Shown piece after piece: positions 13,818 to 25,869 of a DNA stretch of 64,000 nucleotides. The position numbers and the translations under genes were made by a program. Source of the stretch: Alphaproteobacteria bacterium. GTDB lineage: Bacteria; Pseudomonadota; Alphaproteobacteria; JAAXGF01. The notes under the pieces are model-generated. The model saw only the letters and a list, made by a program, of their open reading frames with translations, had not been told where the DNA came from and ran no database searches. Location: contig CAUVXB020000002.1 of NCBI GenBank assembly GCA_963555825.3, forward strand, positions 288,001 to 352,000, read 5' to 3'. How positions within the stretch are numbered: position 1 is the first letter of the stretch; every line of letters starts with the position of its first letter.

Positions 13818-13847
13818 GACAAACGAAAACGGCGCCAGGGCGCCGTT
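13818..13847 (-). terminator. Probable intrinsic terminator after lpxC
   Basis: Stem aacggcgc-cctg-gcgccgtt followed by ttcgtttgt on the minus strand. Confidence 0.6.
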
Positions 13848-13879
13848 CACGAATTCACGTCCAGAGCAGTGATTGCCGA

Positions 13880-14803
13880 TCAGGCCGAGACGGCGACCTT
13901 GGCGGCGGGCCAGGACGCGGCGTCGTCGAGCGTGACGTAGCGCCAGGCGTCGTCATCGTCGAACAGCGCCGTCAGCAATTGGTGGTTCATGCTGTGGCCC
14001 GACGCGAACGCGTCCAGGTGGCCGATCACGGGGCCGCCGGCGAGATAAAGGTCGCCGATGCAGTCGAGCGCCTTGTGACGCACGAACTCGTCGGCATAGC
14101 GCAGGCCCTCGTCGTTGATGACCTTGTCGTCGGACAAGACGACGGCGTTGTCGAGCGAGCCGCCGAGTGCGAAGCCGCGCTCGCGCAGCGCCTCGACGTC
14201 ACGCATGAACCCGTAAGTGCGCGCCCGGCAGATCTCGCGCTTGTAGACGTCGCCGCCGATCTCGAAATAGCAGGTCTGTTCGCCGATCACCGGATGGTCG
14301 TAGGTGATCGTCATCGACACCGAAAAGCGGTCCGACGGCGTCAGCGACGCCGAACGATCGCCGTCCGAGACCTCGACCGTCTTGAGCACCTGTATCGCCT
14401 TGCGCGGCGGCGCCTGCTCGGCGAGGCCGGCGCATTCGACGAGAAAGACGAACGGCGCGGCACTGCCGTCCATGATCGGCACCTCGGGGCCGTCGAGTTC
14501 GACCTCGACATTGTCGACGCCGAGACCCGCGAAGGCCGACATCAGATGCTCGACCGTCGCCACGCCCGTACCGTTGCCGTCGCTCAGCGTCGTGCACAGC
14601 ATCGTCGCCGAGACGTTGTCGTGATGCGCGGCGACCGTCGCCCCGCCCAAATCGGCGCGGCGGAATACGATTCCGGTGTCAGGATCGGCAGGATGCAGGG
14701 TCATCGCGATCCGCTCGCCACTGTGGAGGCCGATGCCCGTGCAAGCGATCGCGGTCTTGAGTGTATGTTGTCGAATGAAGCTCAACGAATGATACCTGTT
14801 CAT
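13880..14803 (-). CDS. lpxC: UDP-3-O-acyl-GlcNAc deacetylase (start approximate)
   Basis: GIGLHSG, TVEHLMSA, PIMDGSA, HKALD.IGD. Confidence 0.96.
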   Translation of the reverse strand: MNRYHSLSFIRQHTLKTAIACTGIGLHSGERIAMTLHPADPDTGIVFRRADLGGATVAAHHDNVSATMLCTTLSDGNGTGVATVEHLMSAFAGLGVDNVEVELDGPEVPIMDGSAAPFVFLVECAGLAEQAPPRKAIQVLKTVEVSDGDRSASLTPSDRFSVSMTITYDHPVIGEQTCYFEIGGDVYKREICRARTYGFMRDVEALRERGFALGGSLDNAVVLSDDKVINDEGLRYADEFVRHKALDCIGDLYLAGGPVIGHLDAFASGHSMNHQLLTALFDDDDAWRYVTLDDAASWPAAKVAVSA

Positions 14804-14957
14804 CTCCAAAACAAACCGGGTAGACCCGGGTGAGATTATTGACTCCCCCACGTGAACAACGCGTGGGCTTCGAGGGTTTCTAACAACTTCCCCCGAAGCC
14901 CACAATTCACGTTTTGTGACAGATTGTTACGCCCAATTACTGGAAGTTACGCACCAT

Positions 14958-16625
14958 CTAGTTGGTTTGACGTCGCAGGAACGCCGGGATGTCGAGCAGG
15001 TCATCCTCGGGCCGTTGGGGCTTGGGCCCCTCGACCGAGGTGGACTGGCTCTCGGCGCCCGCCGTTTCGAGAACCGGTTCGAGCACCGGCGCCGGCACTA
15101 CCGGCTTCGACGCTACCGGCTTCGACGCTACCGGCTTCGACGCTACCGGCTTCGACGCTACCGGCTTCGACGCTACCGGCTTCGACGCTACCGGATCCGG
15201 CGCCGACGGCATCGGCGCCTTAACCGTGTCGCGCACCGACCCGAAGACCGGTTCCCGTTGCGGCTCGGGACGCCCGTCACGGGCGCGGCCTGTCCCGGTG
15301 ACGCGCTCGAACAGCGTCGGACCACGACGTGGCTCGAGCTTGGCGCGCGGTGCCGCCGCCGAGCCGTTCTCCATGGCCGCCTCGGCGAAGGGCTCCGGGC
15401 GCGCCGAGAACGGCCACCTAGGGCCCGGCTCGACCGGCGGCGGCGGGATGAAGCTGTCCTCGGGATCGCTTGCCGTGGTGGCCGGCGCATCGACCGTTTG
15501 GGCAACCAGCTCCGACTCGGCGACCTCGGCAACGTCCGGCTCGTCGACGATCTGGTCGATCGGCGCGCCGTCGATCTCGGCCCCCGGCTCGAGATACTGG
15601 GGCACCGGGGCATCGCGGCGCGACGCCTCGACCGTGACCGGGCGGACGATCGCCTCGCCGTTCGCCGTGATCCCGGTCGCGACGACCGAGACACGCATCC
15701 GGCCGGCGAGCGAATCGTCGAATGTCGAACCGAAGATGATGTTGGCCTCGGGATCGACTTCCTCGCGGATGCGGTTGGCCGCCTCGTCGACCTCGAACAG
15801 GGTCATGTCGTAACCGCCGGTGATGTTGATCAGCACGCCCTTGGCGCCCTGCATCGAGATCTCGTCCAGCAACGGGTTCGAGATCGCCGATTCGGCCGCA
15901 TCGACAGCGCGTCGTTCGCCCTCGGCCTCGCCGGTGCCCATCATCGCCTTGCCCATCTCGGCCATCACCGTTCGCACATCGGCGAAGTCGAGATTGATCA
16001 GACCCGGCATGACCATCAGGTCGGTCACGCCGCGCACGCCCGAAGACAGCACGTCGTCGGCCATCTTGAAGGCGTCGGCGAAGGTCGTCTTGTCGTTCGC
16101 CACGCGGAACAGGTTCTGGTTGGGAATGATAATCAGCGTATCGACATACTGCTGCAGCTCGGTGAGGCCCTCCTCGGCGATCTGCATGCGGTGGATGCCC
16201 TCGAACTGGAAGGGCTTGGTCACCACCGCGACGGTCAGGATGCCCTGCTCGCGCGCCATCTGGGCAATCACCGGCGCGGCGCCCGTGCCGGTGCCACCCC
16301 CGAGGCCCGCGGTGATGAACACCATGTTCGAGCCGGTCAGGTGCTCGACAATCTCGTCGATCGACTCCTCGGCGGCGGCGCGGCCGATGTCGGGCCGCGA
16401 GCCGGCGCCAAGCCCCTCGGTGATGCTGACGCCCAGCTGGGTACGCCGCTCGGAAAGCGACTGCGCCAGCGCCTGGGCGTCGGTGTTCGCGACGACGAAC
16501 TCGACACCCTCGAGATGTGAGGTGATCATGTTGTTGACCGCATTGCCGCCGGCGCCGCCGACGCCGACTACGGTGATTCTCGGCTTCAGCTGATGTGTCG
16601 CCGGCATACTCAAATTAATCGTCAT
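14958..16625 (-). CDS. ftsZ: Cell division protein FtsZ with long linker
   Basis: GGGTGTG, NLDFAD, C-terminal [10 protein letters not shown]. Confidence 0.98.
   Translation of the reverse strand: MTINLSMPATHQLKPRITVVGVGGAGGNAVNNMITSHLEGVEFVVANTDAQALAQSLSERRTQLGVSITEGLGAGSRPDIGRAAAEESIDEIVEHLTGSNMVFITAGLGGGTGTGAAPVIAQMAREQGILTVAVVTKPFQFEGIHRMQIAEEGLTELQQYVDTLIIIPNQNLFRVANDKTTFADAFKMADDVLSSGVRGVTDLMVMPGLINLDFADVRTVMAEMGKAMMGTGEAEGERRAVDAAESAISNPLLDEISMQGAKGVLINITGGYDMTLFEVDEAANRIREEVDPEANIIFGSTFDDSLAGRMRVSVVATGITANGEAIVRPVTVEASRRDAPVPQYLEPGAEIDGAPIDQIVDEPDVAEVAESELVAQTVDAPATTASDPEDSFIPPPPVEPGPRWPFSARPEPFAEAAMENGSAAAPRAKLEPRRGPTLFERVTGTGRARDGRPEPQREPVFGSVRDTVKAPMPSAPDPVASKPVASKPVASKPVASKPVASKPVASKPVVPAPVLEPVLETAGAESQSTSVEGPKPQRPEDDLLDIPAFLRRQTN
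15098..15194. repeat. Perfect 15-bp tandem repeat x6 inside ftsZ, encoding (PVASK)6
   Basis: ccggcttcgacgcta in six identical copies at 15101-15190, plus partial flanks. Confidence 0.97.
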
Positions 16626-16715
16626 CCTTGCCTCCAGAGAATGGACGTTGCGGGGGTACCGGTCCGCTCCGGTAATGCTCTACTCCCGACGCCCCCACGC
16701 CGGGTCGATGTCGCA

Positions 16716-17963
16716 CTAAAAGTTCTCACGTAACCATTGGCCGACACGGCCGAACCGGCCGCTCGACGCCTCCTGCGCGGCGATCGTCTCGGGTGGTACC
16801 TCGAGACGCTCCTTGACCGCGTAGTTCAACAGGCCGGCGCAGGTCGAGAACGCCGGCCCGGCTGTTGCTTCGGCGAGACCCGAGAAGCCCAAGGGCCGTC
16901 CCAGGCGCACCTGCTTGCCGAGAATGTCGCTGGCCAGGTCGGCGGCGCCTTGAAGCTGGCTGGCGCCGCCCGTGAGCACCAGCCGGCGGCCCGCCGACTG
17001 GCCGAATCCACTGGCCTCGAGCCGGTTGCGCACCAGCTCGAATGTTTCCTCGATGCGCGGCCGGATGATGCCGGTAAGCTGCGCGCGCGGCACCGGGTTG
17101 GTGCCGGCGCCGTCGCTCTCGCCGACGCGGCGCACATCGATCGTCTCGCGCTCGTCGGCCGCGCCGGCGACCGCGCTGCCATAGAGCACCTTCATGCGCT
17201 CGGCGTGGTTGATCGGTGTCGATAGGCCGTGCGCGATGTCGTTGGTGACGTGGTTGCCGCCGATCAGGATGACGTCCGAATGCACCACGTCGCCGTCGTC
17301 GAACACCGCGACCGACGTCGTGCCGCCGCCCATGTCGATGAGCGTGACGCCAAGCTCCATCTCGTCGTCGACCAGGCATGCCAGCCCGGCGGCATAGGGC
17401 GAGACGACGCAGGTCTGGATGTCGAGGTGGCAGCGCGCGATGCAGCTCGTCAGATTGCGAATCGGGCCGGCGTCAGCGGTCACCATGTGGATCGCGACAC
17501 CCAGCCGGTCGCCGTACATGCCCTGCGGGTTGCGGATGCCGCGGTTGCCGTCGATGGTATAGCCGAGCGGTATGGTGTGAATGATCTCGCGATCGCCAGG
17601 CTCGCAGCGCGCGCGGCCCTGGCCGAGCACGCGGCGCAGGTCGTTGGCGCCGATCTCGTGGCCGTTGACGGCGACCTCGACCTCGATGCGTTGCGACTGC
17701 GGGTTGCCGACCGAGAAGTTGACATAGGCGTCGCGGATGGTGTCGCCGGCCATCTGCTCGGCGGCATGGACCGCGGCAAGGATCGACTGTTCGGCCGCCG
17801 CCATGTCGACCACGGCGCCGGCGCGCAGGCCGTGCGAGATCTGATGGCCGATGCCGGTGACGCGCAGAGCATCGCCGTCGACGCGCGCAATGAAGCAGCA
17901 CACCTTGGAGGTGCCGACGTCGATCGCCGCGATGCGGCCGTTACGGACCTTACCCTTGCTCAC
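16716..17963 (-). CDS. ftsA: Cell division protein FtsA
   Basis: DVGTSK, DMGGGTT, LTGGASQ, C-terminal WLRENF. Confidence 0.97.
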   Translation of the reverse strand: MSKGKVRNGRIAAIDVGTSKVCCFIARVDGDALRVTGIGHQISHGLRAGAVVDMAAAEQSILAAVHAAEQMAGDTIRDAYVNFSVGNPQSQRIEVEVAVNGHEIGANDLRRVLGQGRARCEPGDREIIHTIPLGYTIDGNRGIRNPQGMYGDRLGVAIHMVTADAGPIRNLTSCIARCHLDIQTCVVSPYAAGLACLVDDEMELGVTLIDMGGGTTSVAVFDDGDVVHSDVILIGGNHVTNDIAHGLSTPINHAERMKVLYGSAVAGAADERETIDVRRVGESDGAGTNPVPRAQLTGIIRPRIEETFELVRNRLEASGFGQSAGRRLVLTGGASQLQGAADLASDILGKQVRLGRPLGFSGLAEATAGPAFSTCAGLLNYAVKERLEVPPETIAAQEASSGRFGRVGQWLRENF

Positions 17964-18002
17964 CTGTCTGTCACCTTCATGTCGATCGTCATTGCCGCGT
18001 CC

Positions 18003-18878
18003 CTACGTGTTCTTGCCTGATTCGTCTCGCCGGGTCGCCGCCGGCGGCCGGCGCACGACCAGGCGGTCGGGCAGGCGCAAATCGACGCTGGCGATGTCGC
18101 GTGCCAGCAGCCGGTGCCGGCGTTCGTAGTCGGCCAGCCGGCGCCAGGCGTCGGCGATGCCGTCCTCGGGCAGCTGCACGTCGATGCCGTTGTCGAGGTG
18201 CAGGTTCCAGCGCCGGCCGCCGACGCGTACCGCAGCCTCGACGCGCTTTACCAGCGTCGGCTCCGACGACATGATGCCGATCAGGCTGACGACGTTGACC
18301 GGCGCGTCCTCGCCGACGACGACCAATAGCTTGGCGAAGCGCTCGGCCTCGGCGCCGTCGATCACCACGCCGTCGCGGTCGACGACGATGAGCTGGCCGT
18401 CGCGCTGCCAAAGCGCGAGCGGCGTGCGCTCGTCGAGCCGCACGAAGACGGTGTCGGGAAAGTGCCGCTCGACGGTCGCCGCGCGAACCCAGCCGATCGT
18501 CTCGAGACGCGCGCGCGCGGCGTCGGGATCGAAGTTCAACAGCGGCGTGCCGCGTTCGACCGCCAGAGCGGCGAGCACCGCGTCGCGCGGTGTCCAGTGC
18601 CGCCCGCTGACGTACACCTCGCCGACGATCAGGCCACCGGCGACCGACGCCTCGATCAGCGTGGCGTGCGCCTGCTCGATCGCCGTCGTCACGCGCCCTG
18701 AGGTCCACAGCCAATTGGCCGTGCCGGCGATCAGAACCAGCGCCAGCGCCGTACCGCCATAGCGCAGCGTCGGGCGCAGCCAGCGCGGCATGACCCGGCG
18801 CCGGGTCTTTACCTTGGCCGGGCGGCGCTTGCTGCTTTTCGGCAGCAGCCGCTCGAATCGAGCCATCAATCGTCGCAT
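18003..18878 (-). CDS. ftsQ: Cell division protein FtsQ
   Basis: Single TM, POTRA (V.R.FPDT..V.L.ER), DLRLPDR. Confidence 0.93.
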   Translation of the reverse strand: MRRLMARFERLLPKSSKRRPAKVKTRRRVMPRWLRPTLRYGGTALALVLIAGTANWLWTSGRVTTAIEQAHATLIEASVAGGLIVGEVYVSGRHWTPRDAVLAALAVERGTPLLNFDPDAARARLETIGWVRAATVERHFPDTVFVRLDERTPLALWQRDGQLIVVDRDGVVIDGAEAERFAKLLVVVGEDAPVNVVSLIGIMSSEPTLVKRVEAAVRVGGRRWNLHLDNGIDVQLPEDGIADAWRRLADYERRHRLLARDIASVDLRLPDRLVVRRPPAATRRDESGKNT

Positions 18879-19786
18879 TGCGCTTCCTCCACCATCCAAC
18901 TGACCAGCGCGCCGAAATCGATCCCCGCATGGGCCGCCTGCTCGGGCACCAGCGACAACGGCGTCATACCCGGCTGGGTGTTGATCTCGAGCATGTAGAG
19001 ACGGCCCGGCTCGCCTTCGGTGTCGTCGTAGCGGAAGTCGGCGCGACTCACGCCGCGACAGCCGAGCGAGCGGTGCGCCGCGACGGCATAGTCCATCGCG
19101 CGGCAGCTCACGTCGTCGGGCAAGGGCGCGGGGCAGAGATGCGTCGTCTTGCCGTCGGTGTATTTGGCCTCGTAGTCGTAGAAGCCTTCGTGCGGGCGCA
19201 GCTCGGTGACGCCGAGCGCGCGGTCGCCCATCACCGCGACGGTCAGCTCGCGGCCGGGGATGAATGGCTCGATCAGCACGGCGTCGCCGAACGGCCACTC
19301 GGCGGGATCGATGCCCGGGTAGTTGTCGCCTTCGAGGACGATCCGGACGCCGACGCTCGAACCCTCGTTGGCCGGCTTGACGACATAGGGCGGTTCCATG
19401 ACGCCACCATTGGTCGCGTCAGCGAGGCTCACCACGACGCCTTCGGGACAGGGGATGCCGACGCCGGCGAAGACGCGCTTGGCGATCGGCTTGTCCATCG
19501 CCAGCGCCGAGGCGAGCAGGCCCGAATGGGTATATGGCAGGCCGAGGATATTGAGTACGCCCTGCACGCAGCCGTCCTCGCCATAGCGACCATGCAGCGC
19601 GTTGAAGGCGACGTTCGGGCGTGGCTCGAGGGCGATCAGCGTCGCCGCCAGGTCGCGGTCGACGTCGATCTCGGTGACGCGGTAGCCACGCTCGCGCAGC
19701 GCCTTGGCGCAGGCCTTGCCCGAGACCAACGAGACCTCGCGTTCGGCGGACCAGCCACCCATCAGCACGGCGACATGCTTGCTCAT
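18866..19786 (-). CDS. ddl: D-alanine--D-alanine ligase
   Basis: [38 protein letters not shown]. Confidence 0.97.
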   Translation of the reverse strand: MSKHVAVLMGGWSAEREVSLVSGKACAKALRERGYRVTEIDVDRDLAATLIALEPRPNVAFNALHGRYGEDGCVQGVLNILGLPYTHSGLLASALAMDKPIAKRVFAGVGIPCPEGVVVSLADATNGGVMEPPYVVKPANEGSSVGVRIVLEGDNYPGIDPAEWPFGDAVLIEPFIPGRELTVAVMGDRALGVTELRPHEGFYDYEAKYTDGKTTHLCPAPLPDDVSCRAMDYAVAAHRSLGCRGVSRADFRYDDTEGEPGRLYMLEINTQPGMTPLSLVPEQAAHAGIDFGALVSWMVEEAQCDD

Positions 19787-20727
19787 GAGCCGGCCTCCGA
19801 AAAGCCCGCGGCGTGCCGGCCGATGCGGCGGATTTCCCACTCCAGCGTCACGCCGGTCGCCTCGGCGACACGGCGGCGGACCTCCTCGCCGAGCGCCTCG
19901 ATGTCGGCGGCGGTCGCGGCGCCGGTGTTGATCAGGAAGTTGCAGTGCTTTTCCGAGACCATGGCGCCGCCGCGCGCGAGCCCACGACAACCGGCCGCCT
20001 CGATCAGCTCCCAGGCGCTCGTCCCCGGCGGGTTCATGAACGTGCTGCCGCCGGTCTGCGTGCGCAGCGGCTGGGCGGTGTCGCGGTCGCGGGCGATCTG
20101 GGCCAGGCGCACATCGATCGCCGCGCGATCCTCGGCATGGCCGTCGAGTGTCGCCTCGGTGAAGATCCAGCCCTCGGGCACCGCCGAGGCGCGGTAGCTG
20201 AAGCCGAGCTCGGCCGGGCCAAGCACATGGGCGACGCCGGCCGGGTCGATGGCGCGCGCGCCGCGTGTCACGTCGACGACCTCGCCGCCGAAGGCGCCGG
20301 CGTTCATGCGCAGCGCGCCGCCGATCGTCCCCGGCACGCCCGAGAGGAATTCCAGACCGCCGACGCCCGCCGCCGCGGCCGTGCGCGCGACGTTGACGTC
20401 GAGCGCCGCGGCGCCCGCCGTGACTCGGGCTCCGTCGACCGAAACCTTTGCGAACGCGCGGCCCAGGCGGATCACCACGCCGTCGACGCCGCCGTCGCGC
20501 ACCAAGACGTTCGAGCCGACGCCGAGCGCCGTGACCGGTACGTCGGCCGGTTTGGCGGCGAGGAAGCCGGCCAGATCGTCTTCGTCGGCCGGGCGGAACA
20601 CCACCTCGGCCGGGCCGCCGACGCGGAACCAGGTGATGCGATCGAGCGCCACGGCCTCGCGGTAGCGCCCGCGCACCGCAGGCAGGCGATCGATCAGGCG
20701 GTCGGTGCGCTCCCGGGCGGCCATCAT
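19783..20727 (-). CDS. murB: UDP-N-acetylenolpyruvoylglucosamine reductase
   Basis: GVGSN, PGTIGG..MNAGA, GSTF.NP, HCNF. Confidence 0.96.
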   Translation of the reverse strand: MMAARERTDRLIDRLPAVRGRYREAVALDRITWFRVGGPAEVVFRPADEDDLAGFLAAKPADVPVTALGVGSNVLVRDGGVDGVVIRLGRAFAKVSVDGARVTAGAAALDVNVARTAAAAGVGGLEFLSGVPGTIGGALRMNAGAFGGEVVDVTRGARAIDPAGVAHVLGPAELGFSYRASAVPEGWIFTEATLDGHAEDRAAIDVRLAQIARDRDTAQPLRTQTGGSTFMNPPGTSAWELIEAAGCRGLARGGAMVSEKHCNFLINTGAATAADIEALGEEVRRRVAEATGVTLEWEIRRIGRHAAGFSEAGS

Positions 20728-22160
20728 GTCCGCGCCTCCGCGTTGCCGCTGGTCGCCAACGCACGCGCCAGCTCATCGGGCAGCGCGTTCGCCCAGGCCG
20801 TCGAGGTGCCGGCGCCCAGGCAGATGACGACGTCGCCCGGCGCCGCGATGTCGGCGATCATGGCGGCCAGGTCCTCGGGCGCGCCGAGCGCCTCGACGCG
20901 GCGGTGGCCGCGGTCGCGCAACCCGCCGACCAGCGCGTCGCGGTCGACGCCGTCGATCGGCGCCTCGCCGGCCGAAAAGACGTCGGCGACGATGACCGCC
21001 GTGGCGTCGTTGAAACAGGTACAGAAGTCTTCGAACAGGTCGGCGAGCCGGCTGTAGCGGTGCGGCTGGACGACGGCGATGATGTTGCCGTCATAGGCGT
21101 TGCGCGCCGCCTCGAGGACCGCGGCGATCTCGACAGGGTGGTGGCCGTAGTCGTCGATTACGGTGATGCCGCCGGCCTCGCCGGTCTTGGTGAAGCGCCG
21201 CTTGACACCCTCGAACTCGGCCAGCGCGCGGCTCAGCACTTGCTCGTCGATGCCCATCTCGACGGCCACCGCGATCGCCGCCAGCGCATTCTGCACATTG
21301 TGCCGACCGTGCATCGGCAGCCGCAGGTTCTCGATGACGCGCTCGGCGTGGTCGACGCGGTCGGTGACGACGGCCTCGAAGCGCATGCCGCCGGGCGACG
21401 GTTCGACATCGACGGCGCGCACCTCGGCCTGCGGGCTGAAGCCGTAGGTAACGATCCTGCGGTCCGAGACCCGGCCGATCAGCGCCTGCACCTCGGGGCT
21501 GTCGATGCACAAGACGACGAAGCCATAGAACGGGATGTTCTCGACGAATGCCTCGAAAGCGGTGCGCAGCGCGTCGTATGAGCCGTAGTGGTCGAGGTGC
21601 TCGCGGTCGATATTGGTGACCACGGCGATGGTCGCCGGCAGCTTGACGAAGCTGCCGTCCGATTCGTCGGCCTCGACGACCATCCATTCGCCGTCGCCGA
21701 GCCGGGCGTTGGTGCCGTACGCGTTGATGATGCCGCCATTGATCACCGTCGGGTCGTAGCGCGCCGTGTCGAGCACGGCGGCGATCAGCGAGGTCGTCGT
21801 CGTCTTGCCGTGGGTGCCGCCGACCGCGATAGACCAGCGCAGGCGCATCAGCTCGCCGAGCATCTCGGCGCGTTTGACGACCGGCACGAAGCGCGCCCGC
21901 GCGGCCTCGACTTCCGGATTGTCGGGCTTGATCGCCGACGACACGATGACCACCTTGGCGTCGCCCAGATTGTCGGCGTCGTGGCCGATGCTGACCGTGA
22001 CGCCCATGTCGCCGAGGCGCCGGACGTTGGCGTTTTCCGACTGGTCGCTGCCCTGCACCTGGTAACCCAGATTGTGCAGCACCTCGGCGATGCCGCTCAT
22101 GCCGATGCCGCCGATGCCGACGAAGTGGATCACGCCGATTTCGAGGGGCATCGACTTCAT
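20724..22160 (-). CDS. murC: UDP-N-acetylmuramate--L-alanine ligase
   Basis: [30 protein letters not shown]. Confidence 0.97.
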   Translation of the reverse strand: MKSMPLEIGVIHFVGIGGIGMSGIAEVLHNLGYQVQGSDQSENANVRRLGDMGVTVSIGHDADNLGDAKVVIVSSAIKPDNPEVEAARARFVPVVKRAEMLGELMRLRWSIAVGGTHGKTTTTSLIAAVLDTARYDPTVINGGIINAYGTNARLGDGEWMVVEADESDGSFVKLPATIAVVTNIDREHLDHYGSYDALRTAFEAFVENIPFYGFVVLCIDSPEVQALIGRVSDRRIVTYGFSPQAEVRAVDVEPSPGGMRFEAVVTDRVDHAERVIENLRLPMHGRHNVQNALAAIAVAVEMGIDEQVLSRALAEFEGVKRRFTKTGEAGGITVIDDYGHHPVEIAAVLEAARNAYDGNIIAVVQPHRYSRLADLFEDFCTCFNDATAVIVADVFSAGEAPIDGVDRDALVGGLRDRGHRRVEALGAPEDLAAMIADIAAPGDVVICLGAGTSTAWANALPDELARALATSGNAEART

Positions 22161-23308
22161 GCCGCGATCTCCCCCGCGATCGGGCCGCCCAGCGCCCGAT
22201 TGGTGCCGCGCCCGCCGTTCGCCGGCATGCGCCGCTCGACCAGATCGGCGAGCCGTGTGGCGGCCTCCGGCACGCCGATCGAGCGCGCCTTCTTGGCGGC
22301 GTCGATCAGCCTGGGCGGCGCGATCAGGAAACTCTCCATGCGGCTCGCCAGCGCATCCGGGGTGAACGTCGGCTGCGACATCGTCCAGCCGCCGCCAGCC
22401 CGCTCGATGGCGCGCGCGTTGGCCGACTGATGGTCGTCGGCGGCCAAGGGATAAGGCACCAAGATTGCCGGCCGCCCGGCCGACGTGAGCTCGGCGACGG
22501 TCGAGGCGCCGGCGCGCGCGATGACCAGCTGTGCCTTGGCCAAGCGCGCCGGCAGATCGTCGAAAAAGCCGGCGAGTTCGGCGCCGATGCCCGCCGCGCG
22601 GTAGATTTCGCGCACCCGGTCGAGGTCGTCCGCGCGGCACTGTTGCACGACATCGAGGCGCGCCCGCAGTTGCTCGGGCAGGGCGGCGAGCGCCGCCGGC
22701 ACGACCTCGGACATAACCGCCGCGCCCTGACTGCCGCCGATCACCAGCAGCGAAAGCAGCCCGCCGCGCTCGGGCGCCGGGTAGGGTCGCTCGGCGAGCG
22801 CCGCGATCGCCGCGCGCACCGGGTTGCCGGTATGCTCCGCCTTGGCCCGGTCGGCCGGGCACAGCTGGGCGGTATCGGCGAAGGCGGCCGCGATGGCGCG
22901 CACGCGGGGCGCCATCAGCCGGTTGGCGCGGCCGAGCACGGCATTCTGCTCGTGGATCACCGTCGGCAGGCCGATCCGCGTCGCCGCCAGCATGGTCGGC
23001 ACCGAGGCGTAGCCGCCGAAGCCGACGACGCCGGCGGGCGCCAGACGGCGCAGCACGCCATGTGCCTGGATGGCGCCGAAGGCGATCTGGCCGAGCCCCA
23101 TCAGGCGGCCCGAAAGGCCCTGGCCGCTGACCGTGCCGGCGCTCACGGTCAGGACCGTTTCGGCGATCGCGCTGCCATACGCCGCGCCGCGCCGGTCGGT
23201 GACCAAGACGATGTCGCGGCCGCGCTCGGCGAGCGTACCGGCGAGCGCCTGCGCGGGAAACATGTGGCCGCCGGTGCCGCCGGCGGCGATGATGATGGGC
23301 CCGCTCAC
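22157..23308 (-). CDS. murG: Lipid II GlcNAc transferase
   Basis: [29 protein letters not shown]. Confidence 0.96.
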   Translation of the reverse strand: MSGPIIIAAGGTGGHMFPAQALAGTLAERGRDIVLVTDRRGAAYGSAIAETVLTVSAGTVSGQGLSGRLMGLGQIAFGAIQAHGVLRRLAPAGVVGFGGYASVPTMLAATRIGLPTVIHEQNAVLGRANRLMAPRVRAIAAAFADTAQLCPADRAKAEHTGNPVRAAIAALAERPYPAPERGGLLSLLVIGGSQGAAVMSEVVPAALAALPEQLRARLDVVQQCRADDLDRVREIYRAAGIGAELAGFFDDLPARLAKAQLVIARAGASTVAELTSAGRPAILVPYPLAADDHQSANARAIERAGGGWTMSQPTFTPDALASRMESFLIAPPRLIDAAKKARSIGVPEAATRLADLVERRMPANGGRGTNRALGGPIAGEIAA

Positions 23309-24429
23309 AGCATGCCTCCGTCGCCCGTGCGCCGACGCGTCAGCGCCAGCACCATGCCCATGCCGAGCGCCACGGCGATAATCGAGGAACCGCCGTAGGA
23401 GACGAAAGGCAGCGTCATACCCGTGGGTGGCAGCAGCCTGAGCGTCACGCCCATGTGGAACAGCGCCTGCAGGCCGAACTGGGTCAGCAAGCCGCTGACC
23501 GCCAGCATGACGAACAGGCTCTTGTCGTTCATCGCGCGCGAATAGCCGCGCAGCACGACGAACACGAAGAGCGCCACCAGGGCGAGGCAGAACAGCAGCC
23601 CGAACTCCTCGCCGGCGACCGCGAAGACGTAGTCGCTGTGGGCGTCGGGCAGCGCCTGTTTGACGACGCCCTCGCCCGGGCCGCGGCCGATCAGGCCACC
23701 GTTCATGAAGGCCTCGAGCGCGGTGTCGGCCTGGTAGCTGTCGCCCGACGACGGGTCGAGGAAGCTGTCGATGCGCCTGGCGACATGCGGCATGAACAGA
23801 TAGGCCGCCGCGGCGCCGGCGGCGCCGACGATGCCGAACAGCGCGACCCAGCGCAGTGGCAGGCCGGCGAAGAAGGACTGCGTGAACCACACCGCGGCGA
23901 CAACCACCGCCATCGAGAAATCGGGCTGCAACATCAAGAGCCCGACGACCAGACCGCACAGCGCCACGCAGATCAGATGCGACGGGAACCGCGGATTGAA
24001 ATGATAGGCCGCGAACAGCCATGCGGTGACCACGGCGAAGGTCGGCTTGACGAATTCCGAGACCTGCAGGGATACCGGCCCGAGACGGATCCAGCGGCGC
24101 GCGCCGTTGATCTCCGCGCCGGCCACCAGGGTGACGACGAGCAATGCGAGGCAAATCAGAAAGCCACCCACCGCGACGCGGCGCAGCCGCAGCGGCGAGA
24201 GCATCGAGGCGGCCAGCAGGACCGCCAGTGCCGGCGCCATGAAGGCCATCTGGCGGCGCACGAAATAGAAGGTGTCGACGCCCATGCGGTCGGCGACCGC
24301 CGTGCTCGACGCCATGGTCAGCACCGCGCCGAGGGCCATCAGCAGGCCGACGGCCAGCAGCGTCCAGCGGTCGACGGTCCACCACCAGCGGCCGACCAGG
24401 CTGGTATCGGTGCGCGCGAAGACGCTCAT
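23305..24429 (-). CDS. ftsW: SEDS peptidoglycan polymerase FtsW
   Basis: [30 protein letters not shown]. Confidence 0.96.
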   Translation of the reverse strand: MSVFARTDTSLVGRWWWTVDRWTLLAVGLLMALGAVLTMASSTAVADRMGVDTFYFVRRQMAFMAPALAVLLAASMLSPLRLRRVAVGGFLICLALLVVTLVAGAEINGARRWIRLGPVSLQVSEFVKPTFAVVTAWLFAAYHFNPRFPSHLICVALCGLVVGLLMLQPDFSMAVVVAAVWFTQSFFAGLPLRWVALFGIVGAAGAAAAYLFMPHVARRIDSFLDPSSGDSYQADTALEAFMNGGLIGRGPGEGVVKQALPDAHSDYVFAVAGEEFGLLFCLALVALFVFVVLRGYSRAMNDKSLFVMLAVSGLLTQFGLQALFHMGVTLRLLPPTGMTLPFVSYGGSSIIAVALGMGMVLALTRRRTGDGGML

Positions 24430-25865
24430 CGTCCGCGCCCCGCGGCCGCGCCGTCGGTGATCGCCTCGTCGATCGCCTCGCGCGTGCCGGGCAGCGCGGC
24501 GACCAGCCCGCGGAATGCGTCGCCGCGCGCCTCGAAGTCGGCGAACTGGTCGAACGAGGCGCAGGCCGGCGATAGCAGCACGACCGGCGCGTCGCGCCCC
24601 TCGGCGCCGGCCAAGCGTTGGGCGGCGGCGACCGCGGATGCGAGGTTGCCGCAAATCTCGTGTCGCACCGCATCGCCCAAGGCGGCGGCGAAGTCGTCCG
24701 CCGCCTCGCCGATCAGGAAGGCGTGCGCGATGTTGGTGAAGCGGACCGCGAGGTCGGCGATGCCGCCTTCCTTGGGCAGACCGCCGGCAATCCAGTAGAC
24801 GTTTTCATAGCACGCCAACGCCTTGTCGGCGGCGGCAGCATTGGTCGCCTTGCTGTCGTTGACGTAGCGCACGCCGTCGACGATGGCGACGAGCTCCATG
24901 CGGTGGGCGAGGCCGGGGAAGCTCTGCAGGCAGGCCGCCACGACCGGCGCGTCGACGTCGATGGCGCACGTCATGGCATAAGCCGCGGCGGCGTTCTGCC
25001 AGTTGTGGGCACCCGGCAGGCTGGCAATCGCCGTCAAATCCAGGACCGGCGTCGCGCCGTCGTCGATATCGTCGTAGAGCGTCCCGTCGAGCACATAGAC
25101 GCCGCCCTCGACCCGACGCCCGACAGCGACCGGTATGATCCGCTGGTCGCCCTTGGCGGTGAGCGCGTCGAACAATGCGCGGCAAGGCTCGTCATCGATG
25201 CAAACGACCGCTGAGCGCGGCTCGGTCTGGCGGTGGAATATCTTCTTCTTCGACGCGACGTAGTTCTCGAAGCCGCCGTGGCGGTCGATGTGGTCGGGCG
25301 TCAGATTGAGCAGCACGGCGACGTCGAAGGTGATCGAATAGGTCAGATCGAGCTGGTACGACGACATCTCGATGACGTAGACGCCATCGCTCGTGATCGG
25401 CCGGAGGTCGAGCACCGGGATGCCCAGATTGCCGCCGACCTCGACCTCGCGGCCGGCGAGCCGCAGGATATGGCCGACCAGCGCCGTGGTCGTCGACTTG
25501 CCGTTGGTCCCGGTGACGCCGATGAACTGGTGGTCGCGCATGGTGCGGGCCAACAGCTCGACGTCGCCAATCACCTCGCAACCGGCGGCGCGCGCGATCT
25601 TGACGACCCGGTGCGGCTCGGGATGGTCGAGCGGCACGCCGGGGCTCAACACCAGCGAGGTCACCTCGCCAGCCACCCAGTCGCGCTCGTAGAGATCGAC
25701 CAGCGGCACGCCCGCCTCGCCGGCCCTGGCGCGCTGACCCTCGTCGTCGTCCCACGCCCAGACCTCAGCGCCGGCGGCGCCGAGCGCGTGCGCGGCCGAC
25801 AGGCCCGAGCGGCCGAGGCCGAAGACGGCGATGGGGAGACCGGCGAAGGGAAACGGTTCGATCAT
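24426..25865 (-). CDS. murD: UDP-MurNAc-L-Ala--D-Glu ligase
   Basis: GLGRSG, GTNGKSTT, EMSSYQL, NDSKATN, SPACASFD. Confidence 0.97.
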   Translation of the reverse strand: MIEPFPFAGLPIAVFGLGRSGLSAAHALGAAGAEVWAWDDDEGQRARAGEAGVPLVDLYERDWVAGEVTSLVLSPGVPLDHPEPHRVVKIARAAGCEVIGDVELLARTMRDHQFIGVTGTNGKSTTTALVGHILRLAGREVEVGGNLGIPVLDLRPITSDGVYVIEMSSYQLDLTYSITFDVAVLLNLTPDHIDRHGGFENYVASKKKIFHRQTEPRSAVVCIDDEPCRALFDALTAKGDQRIIPVAVGRRVEGGVYVLDGTLYDDIDDGATPVLDLTAIASLPGAHNWQNAAAAYAMTCAIDVDAPVVAACLQSFPGLAHRMELVAIVDGVRYVNDSKATNAAAADKALACYENVYWIAGGLPKEGGIADLAVRFTNIAHAFLIGEAADDFAAALGDAVRHEICGNLASAVAAAQRLAGAEGRDAPVVLLSPACASFDQFADFEARGDAFRGLVAALPGTREAIDEAITDGAAAGRGR

Positions 25866-25869
25866 CCGC

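Noticed and set aside
15098-15194. Tandem repeat as a CRISPR array
   Set aside because: No spacers, 15-bp unit, in frame inside ftsZ, and no cas genes in the window.
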